Assembly (NCBI GenBank): GCA_017539045.1
Contig: JAFYHS010000012.1
Location: forward strand, 109,124-173,123
Reading direction: 5' to 3'
Source: Bacteroidales bacterium
GTDB lineage: Bacteria; Bacteroidota; Bacteroidia; Bacteroidales; F082
Length of the DNA stretch: 64,000 nt
In this document: positions 8,438 through 17,747 of the stretch, piece after piece
How the letters are laid out: the number at the start of each line of letters is the position of its first letter
How positions within the stretch are numbered: the stretch's first letter is position 1
Made by a program: the position numbers and the translations under genes
The notes under the pieces: model-generated
Seen by the model: only the letters and a program-made list of their open reading frames with translations
What the model was told of the DNA's origin: nothing
Database searches by the model: none

Positions 8438-10165
8438 ATGAAAGTTGCAACATTATTAGGCGAACGTTTCAAAAAGGCACCAGCCGACTGCGTTTTCGAC
8501 AGTCAGGCGCTGATGGTGCGTGGTGGATATATCAAGTCGGTGGGTACCGGCCTGTTTTCCTTCTTTATGCCAGCCAAGCGCATCGCGAAGAAGATCGAGA
8601 ATATCATCCGTGAGGAGATGGACCGCATCGATGGACAAGAAGTGATGTTCCCCGTCGTGATGCCGGGCACGCTGTGGCAAGAGTCAGGGCGTTACAACAG
8701 CATCGGCTCGGAGCTGCTCCGCTTCAAGGATCGCAATGGCATCGACATGGTGCTGGGTATGACCCACGAAGAAGCCGCCGTGCAGCTGGCTCGCGACGCC
8801 GCGAAGAGCTACACGCAGTATCCCTTTATGATTTACCAAATCCAGACCAAATTCCGCGACGAACCCCGTTCACGTGGCGGCTTGATCCGCACCCGTGAGT
8901 TCACGATGAAGGACGCCTACAGCTTCCACACCTCGCAAGAGGACTTGGAGCAATACTATGCCAAGGCCTATCATGCCTATGACCGCATCTTTGCCCGTGC
9001 TGGCGTGCCGCAGGTCGTGGCCGTCAAGTCCGACTCGGGCATGATGGGTGGCCGCATCTCGCACGAGTTCATGCTGCTCACCGACATTGGTGAGGACACC
9101 ATCGTCATCTGCCCCGAATGCGGTTACCGCTCCAACAGCGAAGCCGCCGATTGCATCGTCCACAACGAGGAGTATCCCATCGAGTCTTTGGAAGAGGTTT
9201 ACACCCCCGACCAAAAGACCATCGAAGATGTTTGCAACTACTTGCACAAGTCACCTCTGCAGTCCTGCAAGGCCGTGCTCTATCAGCGCAACATGGATGA
9301 CTCGTTAGTCATCGTCTTCTTGCGTGGAGACCTTGAGGTGAACGAGACCAAACTCCGTAACCTGCTGTGTGCCGAGGTGCATGCTGCCACCGTCACCCCC
9401 GAGATGGGTGTCTGTGCCGGCTTCATCGGTCCTAAGGGCTTGCCGGAAGGCATCACCGTGGTCTACGACGAGTCGCTGAAGACCTTAAACAGCTTCGTAG
9501 CGGGTGCCAACAAGGAAAACTACCACTACAAGGGCATGAATATGGCTCGCGACCTTGGCGAGGTAAAGTACGACAGCGTGGCCAAGGCCACCGCCGGCGG
9601 CATCTGTCCCGTGTGCGGCAAGCACAGCATCACCATCAGCCGCGGCATCGAGGTGGGCAACATCTTCCAACTTGGCACCAAGTACACCGAGTCGATGAAC
9701 ATGCAGTACCTCGACAGCGACAACACACTGAAATACCCCATCATGGGTTGTTACGGCATCGGCGTGGGTCGTTTGATTGCCTCTGTCTGCGAGGTGAGCC
9801 ACGACGACTACGGTCCGATATGGCCTATCACCATCGCCCCTTGGCAGGTGCAGATTTGTGCCCTGCGCATCGCTGATGAGAATGTGCGCCGCGTGGCCGA
9901 CAAACTTTACGAAGACTTGAAGAAGGCTGGCGTGGAAGTCATCTACGACAACCGCAACATCAGCGCCGGTGTGATGTTCTCCGACGCCGACTTGCTCGGC
10001 GTTCCGCTGCGCATCGTGGTCAGTCCGAAGACGCTGGAACGCAACGCCATTGAATTTGCCAGCCGCGACAAGAGCTTCAAGGCCGACCTCAATCCTGACA
10101 ATGTCGTCGGCGAGGTGAAGGCCAAGATTGCTGAGATGATTGCGGCGTTGACGCCTGAGTATTAA
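8438..10165 (+). CDS. proS: Proline--tRNA ligase, bacterial type with an INS/YbaK-like editing insertion
   Basis: 575 aa. Class II motifs are present (FRDEPRSRGGLIRTREFTMKDAYSF; GCYGIGVGRLIA) along with the internal editing-domain region and an anticodon-binding C-terminus. Confidence 0.9.
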   Translation: MKVATLLGERFKKAPADCVFDSQALMVRGGYIKSVGTGLFSFFMPAKRIAKKIENIIREEMDRIDGQEVMFPVVMPGTLWQESGRYNSIGSELLRFKDRNGIDMVLGMTHEEAAVQLARDAAKSYTQYPFMIYQIQTKFRDEPRSRGGLIRTREFTMKDAYSFHTSQEDLEQYYAKAYHAYDRIFARAGVPQVVAVKSDSGMMGGRISHEFMLLTDIGEDTIVICPECGYRSNSEAADCIVHNEEYPIESLEEVYTPDQKTIEDVCNYLHKSPLQSCKAVLYQRNMDDSLVIVFLRGDLEVNETKLRNLLCAEVHAATVTPEMGVCAGFIGPKGLPEGITVVYDESLKTLNSFVAGANKENYHYKGMNMARDLGEVKYDSVAKATAGGICPVCGKHSITISRGIEVGNIFQLGTKYTESMNMQYLDSDNTLKYPIMGCYGIGVGRLIASVCEVSHDDYGPIWPITIAPWQVQICALRIADENVRRVADKLYEDLKKAGVEVIYDNRNISAGVMFSDADLLGVPLRIVVSPKTLERNAIEFASRDKSFKADLNPDNVVGEVKAKIAEMIAALTPEY

Positions 10166-10169
10166 TATG

Positions 10170-10195
10170 TAGAGACGCGCCATGGCGCGCCTCTA
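10170..10195. repeat. Near-perfect 26-bp GC-rich palindrome centred on CCATGG
   Basis: tagagacgcgccatggcgcgcctcta, located between the convergent proS and nrdG ends. Confidence 0.6.
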
Positions 10196-10204
10196 TGGTG
10201 ATGA

Positions 10205-10241
10205 CAAAAAAATCCGACAGAATTACTCTGCCGGATTTTTT
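10205..10241. terminator. Bidirectional terminator between proS and nrdG
   Basis: aaaaaaatccgacag-aattact-ctgccggattttttt, a hairpin flanked by an A run and a T run. Confidence 0.7.
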
Positions 10242-10723
10242 TCTACCTCAGCGACCTTTTTGTTCTTTCGGAACCATTCCGTGATGTCCTTCACACGGCC
10301 GTCGGCCAAACGTTTCATCATGCGTTGGTTCGTGGTTGCGCTGTCCAAAGGACCTAGCTCAGCCACGTAACGTCCCACTTTGATGTAGTCGAAATGGTCG
10401 GTCGAAACGTTGTGGGGCAACTCGTTCTTGCCCGAATACCAGGCCACCTTGACGCCGTAGTTCTTCTTCACCTGATCGGCCAATTGTGCCACCGATTCGG
10501 GTTCGTTGTCACCGCCCATGAAGCACACACAGGTGATGCCCGTCTTGTATTGATCCACAAGGCGATACAACTCGGTGGTATCCAGCTGTTTGCCGCTGTT
10601 TTCCCACAAATATTTGCTGTGGCAACCGGGACATTGGTTGGGACAGTTAGTGATATTAATAGCAAGCGTAACCTCTTCCGGAACTTCCTGGAAGACGATA
10701 TCAAAATTGGCGTACTTTAACAT
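10223..10723 (-). CDS. nrdG: Anaerobic ribonucleoside-triphosphate reductase activating protein (radical SAM)
   Basis: MLKYANFDIVFQEVPEEVTLAINITNCPNQCPGCHSKYLW is the NrdG-type Cys cluster. The ATG at 10723 overlaps the nrdD stop by 7 nt. The track ORF start at 10858 would be an Arg/Pro-rich extension lying inside nrdD. Confidence 0.85.
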   Translation of the reverse strand: MLKYANFDIVFQEVPEEVTLAINITNCPNQCPGCHSKYLWENSGKQLDTTELYRLVDQYKTGITCVCFMGGDNEPESVAQLADQVKKNYGVKVAWYSGKNELPHNVSTDHFDYIKVGRYVAELGPLDSATTNQRMMKRLADGRVKDITEWFRKNKKVAEVEKNPAE

Positions 10724-12828
10724 CTGTCCATCTCCATTTTTCCATAGTGACGGCGGGCAGCTTCTTCTTGGCGCGGCTCGCTGAAATTGCTGACGCGCTT
10801 CAGGTAACCGATGATGCGGGTCAGGTAGTCGATGTTGTGGCTGTGACACTCGGGGCATTCCTTCAGGTAACGCTTGTCGATGTGGCCGCAGTCGTTACAA
10901 ATCGTGTTCGGGATGTTGAAGGTGAAGTAGTTGCAGCCTTCGCGAGCAGCCACGCGCAGCAGCTGGCGATACTGTTCCTTGGTGAGGTGTTCCTCCAGGT
11001 TGCAGTGCAAGGCCGAGCCGCCGGTGAGGTGCTTGATGTACTTCTCGCCGTGGAGACGGAACTTGTCCAACACGTTGGTGTTGGGGTCTTCCACGATGTA
11101 GAAGTAGCTATTGTAGCAGTCGCGGTGCACCTCGTAGCCGTCTTCCTTGTCCCACTTGGCATGCTTCACGCCCACGTTCTCGGCAGGGATCATCTCGCAG
11201 TTGAACATGAGGCCTTCTGCCTTGGAATAGTATTTCTTATTATACCTTTCGATGAGTCCGAGCACATCCTGCACAAACTTCTCGTATTCCGGGTTGTCCG
11301 AGATCTTGATCTTCAGGAACTCAGCGGCTTCCACGAGACCGTTCACGCCGATGGTGAGGTACTGGCGGCCCAGGTTGATGTAGCCGGCATCGAAGAGCGG
11401 CAACATGCCTTTCTTCTGCAGATCCTTCAGGTTTTCGTTGTAGCAAATCTGCACCTTGTGGCAGAGGTCGACGATTTCCTCGAGGAAGGTGAGGTAGTGC
11501 ATGTTGTTGCGTGTGGCATACTGGATGCAGCGGTTGAGGTTGATGGTGAGCACGCTCTTGGAGCCTGTGCTGACGCCACCGGCGCCGAGGGTGTAGCTGA
11601 AGCCGTTATCTTGGATCTCGTTACGCAGACGGCAGCACGACGACAGTGAGTCGGCGTTGTCGCTGAGGTAAGTGAAGAAGGAGTGGCCTTCCGAATACAT
11701 CTCAGCGGTGAAGTCACCCCATTCCTGGTCGATGACGTCGCCGTCTTTCGAGAGCAACGCCATCGTTTCTACCGGGAAGGTGAGCACACTCTTCAAGCGC
11801 TCGGCGTTGAACCACTTCATGAAACGTTTCTGGAGCCAGCTCAGCGACTCCCAATCGGGTTTCGAGCCATCGGGGAAGTAGAAGTTGCCAAACAGCGACT
11901 CGAAATAATAACGGTCATAGTAGGCGATGTTCCAGAACACCGACTGGTAGTTTCTTGCTCCTGCAGGTTGGTTCAAGGAATAGACAATCTGCTGGAAGCA
12001 GTCGGTGATGACCTTGTCGATGGTACGCGGTTTGAGCGAATGGTCGACAATTTCATCGGCACGTTTGTAATAGTCTGTACCATAGTCTTTCCCGATGAAA
12101 TAGTTCATATACATCAGGAACTCAGGCGTGGCACAGGCACCCGACAGCTGCGAGGAGACCATGAACACCATATTAATGAAGCCGCCGCAGAAGGAACGCA
12201 GCTTAGTGGGCGCTGAGGAGTTGCCGCCGATGGAGGCGGTGCCTTCGTTCAGCCAGGGGTACATGGTGATGGAGGCGCAATAGTTGGCCAACGAGGTCTC
12301 GTCGTTCTTATAAATGAAGTGGTTGTTGAGCAGGTAGAGGTAACGGTCGGCAAGCTCTTTGCCAAACACCGACTTGATGCGGTCCGTCAGCAAGCGGCGG
12401 TTGATGCGGATGAAGCTTGACTTAGGCAACTCGCCGATGAGCGTGGCGATGTTTTTCTTCTCCACGTTGGCGTTGGCGTCATACTTCGATCCAGTGGCCG
12501 CATTCGAGGCATTGCAATAGTTACTCAGAAACTCGATTTTCTCACGCACTTCGCGGTCTTCGGTGTGCTTCTGGCGGTACAGGATGTAGTTTTTGGCTAC
12601 CGTGTAATACTGTTCCGCCATCAAAGCGGTCTCCACCTGGTTTTGGATCTCTTCCACGGTGATGCCGTTGGTCACGCGGACACGGCTCAAAATACCGTTG
12701 AGGTCCTCATCGGTGGCATAAAAACCCGAGGCGAGAAACGCCTTGCTGATAGCTACTTTGATCTTGTCGAGTGAGAAGGCCTCCTTCTGACCATCTCTTT
12801 TTGTAATGTACAGTCCTCCGTTGCTCAT
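10717..12828 (-). CDS. nrdD: Anaerobic ribonucleoside-triphosphate reductase (class III)
   Basis: 703 aa with an N-terminal ATP-cone (LYITKRDGQKEAFSLDKIKVAISKAF), a C-terminal Zn ribbon (CNDCGHIDKRYLKECPECHS) and the glycyl-radical motif (TRIIGYLKRV). Confidence 0.95.
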   Translation of the reverse strand: MSNGGLYITKRDGQKEAFSLDKIKVAISKAFLASGFYATDEDLNGILSRVRVTNGITVEEIQNQVETALMAEQYYTVAKNYILYRQKHTEDREVREKIEFLSNYCNASNAATGSKYDANANVEKKNIATLIGELPKSSFIRINRRLLTDRIKSVFGKELADRYLYLLNNHFIYKNDETSLANYCASITMYPWLNEGTASIGGNSSAPTKLRSFCGGFINMVFMVSSQLSGACATPEFLMYMNYFIGKDYGTDYYKRADEIVDHSLKPRTIDKVITDCFQQIVYSLNQPAGARNYQSVFWNIAYYDRYYFESLFGNFYFPDGSKPDWESLSWLQKRFMKWFNAERLKSVLTFPVETMALLSKDGDVIDQEWGDFTAEMYSEGHSFFTYLSDNADSLSSCCRLRNEIQDNGFSYTLGAGGVSTGSKSVLTINLNRCIQYATRNNMHYLTFLEEIVDLCHKVQICYNENLKDLQKKGMLPLFDAGYINLGRQYLTIGVNGLVEAAEFLKIKISDNPEYEKFVQDVLGLIERYNKKYYSKAEGLMFNCEMIPAENVGVKHAKWDKEDGYEVHRDCYNSYFYIVEDPNTNVLDKFRLHGEKYIKHLTGGSALHCNLEEHLTKEQYRQLLRVAAREGCNYFTFNIPNTICNDCGHIDKRYLKECPECHSHNIDYLTRIIGYLKRVSNFSEPRQEEAARRHYGKMEMDRC

Positions 12829-12903
12829 AAAAGGTGCTCGTTTTCAAAAATTATTGATTATCAGGAAGTTTTCTGTTGGCTCGAGGGGGTAAACCTCGTT
12901 GTG

Positions 12904-12911
12904 CAAAGGTA
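12904..12911 (-). promoter_or_regulatory. Candidate -7 box (TACCTTTG) for nrdDG
   Basis: caaaggta on the plus strand. Implies a leader of about 70 nt. Confidence 0.4.
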
Positions 12912-12993
12912 AGTCATTTTGCTGTCATCAGTCAAATTAATTCTCAATTTTTTTGTCAACAAAATTATCAACAAGCTAATCAAGTGATTTATT

Positions 12994-13001
12994 TATCTTT
13001 G
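12994..13001 (+). promoter_or_regulatory. Candidate -7 box (TATCTTTG) for rnr
   Basis: Matches TAnnTTTG, followed by CA, 21 nt upstream of the ATG at 13022. Confidence 0.5.
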
Positions 13002-13021
13002 CAGAAAATTTCAGAATCATT

Positions 13022-15229
13022 ATGGCAAAAAAGAAAAAAATCGAGAATAAACTCAGCACTTTTACGAGTGTCATCTTAGGCATTTTCGCCGATCAGCCTT
13101 TCCGCCCAAAGAACTATAAGCAGGTCTGCAAGATCATGGGTATCAAGGACCAAGCCGGAAAGGATGTGGTCTATAATCTTCTTATCGACCTGAAAGACAA
13201 AGGATTGCTCAAGGAGGAACGCCCCTATAGTTACGTAATGAGCAACGCAGGCATGGCCCAATTTGGTCCCAAGACGAAATATGTGGAAGGCACGGTGGAG
13301 ATGAAGTCAACAGGCAAGGCCTACGTAGTGCGCGACGACGGCGAAGGCGAGGATATCTTCATTGCCGCCCAGGACACCTACAAGGCGCTGCATGGCGACC
13401 ACGTGCGCGTGGCCATGTTTCCCAAACGTAACAACAGCAAACCCGAAGGCGAGATTGTGGAGGTGCTCGAACGTCGCCACACCGAGTTTGTCGGTGTCCT
13501 CACCATCTCGCACGGCTATGTTTTTGTCCGCCCCGACGTGGAATGGATGCCGGTCGACATCTTCATCCCGCTTGGCGACCTGCGTGGTGCCAAAGACGGC
13601 ATGAAGGTCATTGTCCACTTGGTGGACTGGCCCGATGGCTCTGGCAACCCCTTTGGTGAGATTGTACGCGTGCTCGGCAAGCCAGGCGAGAACGACGTGG
13701 AAATGGAGTCTATCCTCGCCGCTCATGAGTATCCCATCGAGTTCCCGGAAAACGTGGAGCGTGAAGCCGCACAGATTCCAGTCAAGATCAGCGCAGCCGA
13801 GATCAAGAAACGCCGCGACTTCCGTAAGACCTTCACCATTACCATCGACCCGGCCGATGCCAAGGACTTCGACGACGCCATCAGCCTGCAGAAGATGAGC
13901 AATGGCCATTGGGAAGTGGGTGTCCACATCGCCGACGTGTCGCATTACGTGCGGAAAGGCTCCGCCATCGACAAGGAAGCCCTCGACCGCGGCACCTCGG
14001 TCTACCTCGTCGACCGCACCATCCCCATGCTGCCCGAGAAGCTCTGCAACAACGTCTGCTCACTCCGTCCCGATGAGGAGAAACTGACGTTCTCCGTCGT
14101 TTTCGAGATGGACGACGATGCCAAGATCTACGACAAGTGGATCGGCAAGACCATCATCAAGTCATGCCGCCGCTATACCTACGAGGAGGTGCAGACCATG
14201 ATCGAAGGTGGCCCAGGTGACTACAAGGATGAAATCTTGAAATTCAACAGTTTGGCTACCAAACTGCGTGAAAAACGCATGGAGGCAGGCAGCATCAACT
14301 TCCACTCGGAAGAGGTGCGTTTCATCCTCGACGAGAACAAAAAACCCATCGATACCTATGTGCGTGTACAGAACGAATCACATGAATTAATCGAAGACTT
14401 CATGTTGCTGGCCAACCGCACCGTGGCCGAGACCTTCGGCAAACCGGAGAGCCGATGGCACAACGACACCTTCGTGTATCGTGTCCACGACGAGCCTAAC
14501 CCCGAGAAACTCAACAAATTCATGCTGCTCATCTCGCGCTTGGGCTATTCGATGAACATCAGCAACCGCAGCACCTTGGTCAATTCCTATAATAAGCTCT
14601 TTGAGGACGTGGAAGGCAAGGGCGAGAAGAACCTCATCCAGACCGTCGCCCTGCGCACCATGGCCAAGGCCGTCTATAGCACCGACAACATCGGACACTA
14701 TGGCTTGGCCTTCGACTACTACACCCACTTCACCTCGCCCATCCGCCGCTATCCCGACCTCATGGTGCACCGATTAATAGAAAGGTATCTCATCGAAGGG
14801 CAAGGGTCGGTCAACAAGAAGGAATACGAAGAAATGTGCGTCCACGCCAGTGAGATGGAGAAACAGGCCGAAGAGATGGAACGCCAGAGCATCAAATACA
14901 AGCAGGCTGAATATCTGCAAGATAAGATTGGGCAGGTGTTTGAAGGTTTGGTCTCTGGCGTCAGCAAATGGGGTCTTTTCGTGGAGCTGAAAGGCAACAA
15001 ATGCGAGGGCTTGGTTCGCTATGAGGACCTCCCTGGCGATTATTATTACCTCGACGACGACAACTTCCGCGTCATCGGACAGGACACCGGGCGCATCATC
15101 CAACTGGGCGACGAAGTGCGTATCCGCGTGAAGGCCGTCGACCTCTTCAAACACAAGATGGACTTCGAGATGCTGGCCGACACACCCATGAAAATGAAGA
15201 AGTCGAAACAGAAAAGACGTCCGTATTAA
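13022..15229 (+). CDS. rnr: Ribonuclease R
   Basis: 735 aa. RNB-domain motifs are present (TITIDPADAKDFDDAISL; HYGLAFDYYTHFTSPIRRYPDLMVHR), followed by a C-terminal S1 domain and a basic tail. Confidence 0.95.
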   Translation: MAKKKKIENKLSTFTSVILGIFADQPFRPKNYKQVCKIMGIKDQAGKDVVYNLLIDLKDKGLLKEERPYSYVMSNAGMAQFGPKTKYVEGTVEMKSTGKAYVVRDDGEGEDIFIAAQDTYKALHGDHVRVAMFPKRNNSKPEGEIVEVLERRHTEFVGVLTISHGYVFVRPDVEWMPVDIFIPLGDLRGAKDGMKVIVHLVDWPDGSGNPFGEIVRVLGKPGENDVEMESILAAHEYPIEFPENVEREAAQIPVKISAAEIKKRRDFRKTFTITIDPADAKDFDDAISLQKMSNGHWEVGVHIADVSHYVRKGSAIDKEALDRGTSVYLVDRTIPMLPEKLCNNVCSLRPDEEKLTFSVVFEMDDDAKIYDKWIGKTIIKSCRRYTYEEVQTMIEGGPGDYKDEILKFNSLATKLREKRMEAGSINFHSEEVRFILDENKKPIDTYVRVQNESHELIEDFMLLANRTVAETFGKPESRWHNDTFVYRVHDEPNPEKLNKFMLLISRLGYSMNISNRSTLVNSYNKLFEDVEGKGEKNLIQTVALRTMAKAVYSTDNIGHYGLAFDYYTHFTSPIRRYPDLMVHRLIERYLIEGQGSVNKKEYEEMCVHASEMEKQAEEMERQSIKYKQAEYLQDKIGQVFEGLVSGVSKWGLFVELKGNKCEGLVRYEDLPGDYYYLDDDNFRVIGQDTGRIIQLGDEVRIRVKAVDLFKHKMDFEMLADTPMKMKKSKQKRRPY

Positions 15230-15239
15230 TAAAAATGTG

Positions 15240-15247
15240 TACTTTTG
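15240..15247 (+). promoter_or_regulatory. Candidate -7 box (TACTTTTG) for the lipoprotein/GT-C pair
   Basis: Matches TAnnTTTG, followed by CA, 25 nt upstream of the ATG at 15272. Confidence 0.45.
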
Positions 15248-15271
15248 CACCTGAAATAAAACATAAACACA

Positions 15272-16096
15272 ATGAAAAGAAGCATTAGATCAATGATGAT
15301 GGCCGTGGTGGCCATGTTTGCCATTTGTCTTTCCAGTTGTAGCCCCAAAGAGAGCATCCAAGTCTCACAACAAGAGATCTGGTTCCCGATCGAGGCTTGT
15401 ACCGATACCCTTGTTATTAATGCCAACTGCAATTGGTACATCGAAAAGAACGACAATGCCGACTGGTATACCATTTCGCCTATGGAAGGCGCCAAGGAAG
15501 TAGACGGCAAGATCACCGTTTCGGTCCAGGAATATGAGGGCGACCAGTTCCGGGATGCTTGGTTCACCATCATCTCCAAACACGGTCACATTCGCAGGTC
15601 GATATATGTCTCCCAAAACACCCTTCACATGGGTAGCATCACCAATAAGATTTTTGGTGTGATCAAAGACGAACAATGGGCTGTCGACTTTGAAGGCCAA
15701 ATCGTCGAAGACTCCTATAACGTTTTTGAAGGTAACCCTTATGACACTTCGGGCGGTTATCAGATGTATTTCCTCGACGATAGCGTAGGTATCCAGAGAG
15801 ACCATCACAAAAACGGTCCCGCTGTTTATTACCCCTTCAAATACTATTACAACCCCTTCGATCGTAGCCTGTTTTTGAAATTTGAAACGGTTGACGATTA
15901 CATTGAGAACTACACCGTTGAGGTGATGACAGCCACCGACTCCCTGTTCCGTTTTGTCCACGAGTTCAAACCCAAACAATGGGAGCGTTGTGATATGAGA
16001 AAGATCGGTATCATTGATCCTGACGCGAAGCTCGAATTCACGCGTTACCTGTCGAAACGCTCAGGCCGCGGTCCTATCTTTGACCTTAGCAAATAA
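15272..16096 (+). CDS. Hypothetical lipoprotein with an N-terminal BACON-like domain
   Basis: Lipobox (AICLSSCSP). The segment ISQQEIWFPIEACTDTLVINANCNWYIEKNDNADWYTISPMEGAKEVDGKITVSVQEYEGDQFRDAWFTIISKHGHIRRSIYVSQ follows the BACON pattern as I recall it. Confidence 0.5.
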   Translation: MKRSIRSMMMAVVAMFAICLSSCSPKESIQVSQQEIWFPIEACTDTLVINANCNWYIEKNDNADWYTISPMEGAKEVDGKITVSVQEYEGDQFRDAWFTIISKHGHIRRSIYVSQNTLHMGSITNKIFGVIKDEQWAVDFEGQIVEDSYNVFEGNPYDTSGGYQMYFLDDSVGIQRDHHKNGPAVYYPFKYYYNPFDRSLFLKFETVDDYIENYTVEVMTATDSLFRFVHEFKPKQWERCDMRKIGIIDPDAKLEFTRYLSKRSGRGPIFDLSK

Positions 16097-16098
16097 GG

Positions 16099-17508
16099 AT
16101 GAGCAAGAAATTGCTCCGTCACCTTGCCCTGTTTGGCGTGGGCGTCTATCTGTTGGCGCTCATCGTCATTAGTGTGGCGTTTCGTGACCATGCCCTACAA
16201 GCCAAGTGGATGATGTGGGGCATAGGCGAGGTACTGTTTTTCTTCCTGTTGACGACCGTCTTCTATCCCCGATGGAAGGACGACACGCCCAAGGCCTTTT
16301 GGCATAAGGTGTTTTGGACGGCTTTGGCCATCCGGGTAGTGTATGTGGTCGCCATCTCCTACTATTACTACTATCAGACGGGCATCGCCTTCGAATACAA
16401 TGCGGGCGACAGCCATGGGTATCATTCCACGGCCGCCTATCTCTCGCAGTGTGTCAGACATGGCTATGTGGCCTATATCTTCAAATACCTGAATGCCTAT
16501 ACCATGGGCTTCTCCGACCAAGGCTATCCGCTTTGGCTGACGCTGATCTATACCATCTTTGGTCGTAGTCTGCTGACGCCCAGGTTGTTCAAAGCCTTGA
16601 TGAGCGCCTATATGTGCATCGCGGTCTACAAGTTAGGCTCGCGCACCTTTGGCGAACGCACGGGCCGTTTGGCAGGCGTCATGTGCGTGTTTATGCCCAT
16701 CTTCATCCAGATGTGCGGTCTCCACACCAAGGAGGCTGAGATGATCTTCCTTACCGTCCTCGCCCTCGAGCGTATGGACAACCTCATCCGAAGCAAGAAA
16801 TACACCTTCTGGAACATCTTCTCGCCTATTCTCTTCACCGCCTTGACCTTCGGTTTCCGCACCATCATCGGCATGTGCCTGCTCTTTGCCTTCTTGGTAT
16901 TTGTGCTGCTCTCGCATCAAGACCTGGTGGGGAAGAAAGCCAAAATCATCACCAGCGCGGCAACGGTAGTGGTGTTTCTTGCCTTCCTCCTTTCGCCCAT
17001 AGGTTGGGAGATGAAGATTATCAACACGGTGAAATTCAGGCACTTGAATTATCAAGTTGAGAAATACGACAAGTTAGGCATGAAACACAATGAGTTGGCC
17101 CATGGCAAATATATGGCGCCCGCCGCTTTTGTGTTACCTCTTGCGCCTATGGTGGAGGAGAGCCCCGACCACAACAAGATGATTCATGGCAGCACTTATG
17201 TGAAGAACTTCCTGGCTTTCTTTGCGATGCTGGCCATCGTCATCGCTATCCGACAGCGGAAATGGCGCGATTTCTCTTTGATTGGGGCTTTCGAGCTGTC
17301 GTATCTGCTCCTCATCATGTTTTCTTTTGCAGCCAACTCGGAGAGGTATCACGAACCAGCCATCCCCATGATCGTATTAATGGGCGCTTATGCCATGACG
17401 CATCTGCGGCATAAAGACCTGAAACTCTTCTATGTATACTGCGGCGTGCTCTTCCTTGCCTTGATTGCCTGGAACTGGATGAAACTGTCGGCACGAGGCT
17501 TGGTGTAA
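16099..17508 (+). CDS. Polytopic membrane protein, GT-C-fold (ArnT/PMT-like) glycosyltransferase candidate
   Basis: 469 aa with many hydrophobic spans and an acidic first-loop motif (YNAGDSHGY). Starts 2 nt after the preceding lipoprotein gene. Its architecture resembles the 41057-42454 protein. Confidence 0.45.
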   Translation: MSKKLLRHLALFGVGVYLLALIVISVAFRDHALQAKWMMWGIGEVLFFFLLTTVFYPRWKDDTPKAFWHKVFWTALAIRVVYVVAISYYYYYQTGIAFEYNAGDSHGYHSTAAYLSQCVRHGYVAYIFKYLNAYTMGFSDQGYPLWLTLIYTIFGRSLLTPRLFKALMSAYMCIAVYKLGSRTFGERTGRLAGVMCVFMPIFIQMCGLHTKEAEMIFLTVLALERMDNLIRSKKYTFWNIFSPILFTALTFGFRTIIGMCLLFAFLVFVLLSHQDLVGKKAKIITSAATVVVFLAFLLSPIGWEMKIINTVKFRHLNYQVEKYDKLGMKHNELAHGKYMAPAAFVLPLAPMVEESPDHNKMIHGSTYVKNFLAFFAMLAIVIAIRQRKWRDFSLIGAFELSYLLLIMFSFAANSERYHEPAIPMIVLMGAYAMTHLRHKDLKLFYVYCGVLFLALIAWNWMKLSARGLV

Positions 17509-17548
17509 TTTTTTTCACGGAAAAACTTTGCGTTTCGTTAAAATGTTG

Positions 17549-17556
17549 TATCTTTG
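17549..17556 (+). promoter_or_regulatory. Candidate -7 box (TATCTTTG) for tRNA-Cys
   Basis: Matches TAnnTTTG, followed by CA, 36 nt upstream of the tRNA 5' end. Confidence 0.45.
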
Positions 17557-17591
17557 CAGCCGCAAATCGTAAGATTCAACGTAGTTAAAAG

Positions 17592-17662
17592 GGTACCTTG
17601 CCCGAGTGGTTAGGGATCGGTCTGCAAAACCGGGGACGGCGGTTCGAGTCCGCCAGGTACCT
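17592..17662 (+). tRNA. tRNA-Cys (GCA)
   Basis: Hand-folded cloverleaf. Acceptor stem GGTACCT/AGGTACC, 3-bp D stem CCC/GGG, anticodon stem TCGGT/ACCGG with loop CTGCAAA (anticodon GCA), T arm GGCGG-TTCGAGT-CCGCC, and discriminator U, which is typical of tRNA-Cys. CCA is not encoded. Confidence 0.9.
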
Positions 17663-17663
17663 C

Positions 17664-17689
17664 AAAAGCCTGCTTTGCAGGCTTTTTTT
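17664..17689 (+). terminator. Terminator after tRNA-Cys
   Basis: agcctgc-ttt-gcaggct followed by tttttt. Confidence 0.7.
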
Positions 17690-17720
17690 GTTTTCTTTGT
17701 TTTGAATCGCTAAGATTCCG

Positions 17721-17728
17721 TATTTTTG
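17721..17728 (+). promoter_or_regulatory. Candidate -7 box (TATTTTTG) for gltX
   Basis: Matches TAnnTTTG, 20 nt upstream of the ATG at 17748. Confidence 0.45.
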
Positions 17729-17747
17729 CCGCCTAAAACCATCAAAA

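Noticed and set aside
12829-13021. A cobalamin riboswitch or NrdR boxes upstream of nrdD, and a B12 riboswitch upstream of mutA (48448-48540).
   Set aside because: The leaders are only about 50-75 nt, too short for a cobalamin riboswitch. I saw no 16-bp NrdR-type palindromes, only a small CGAGG/CCTCG hairpin in the nrdD leader, which is insufficient evidence.
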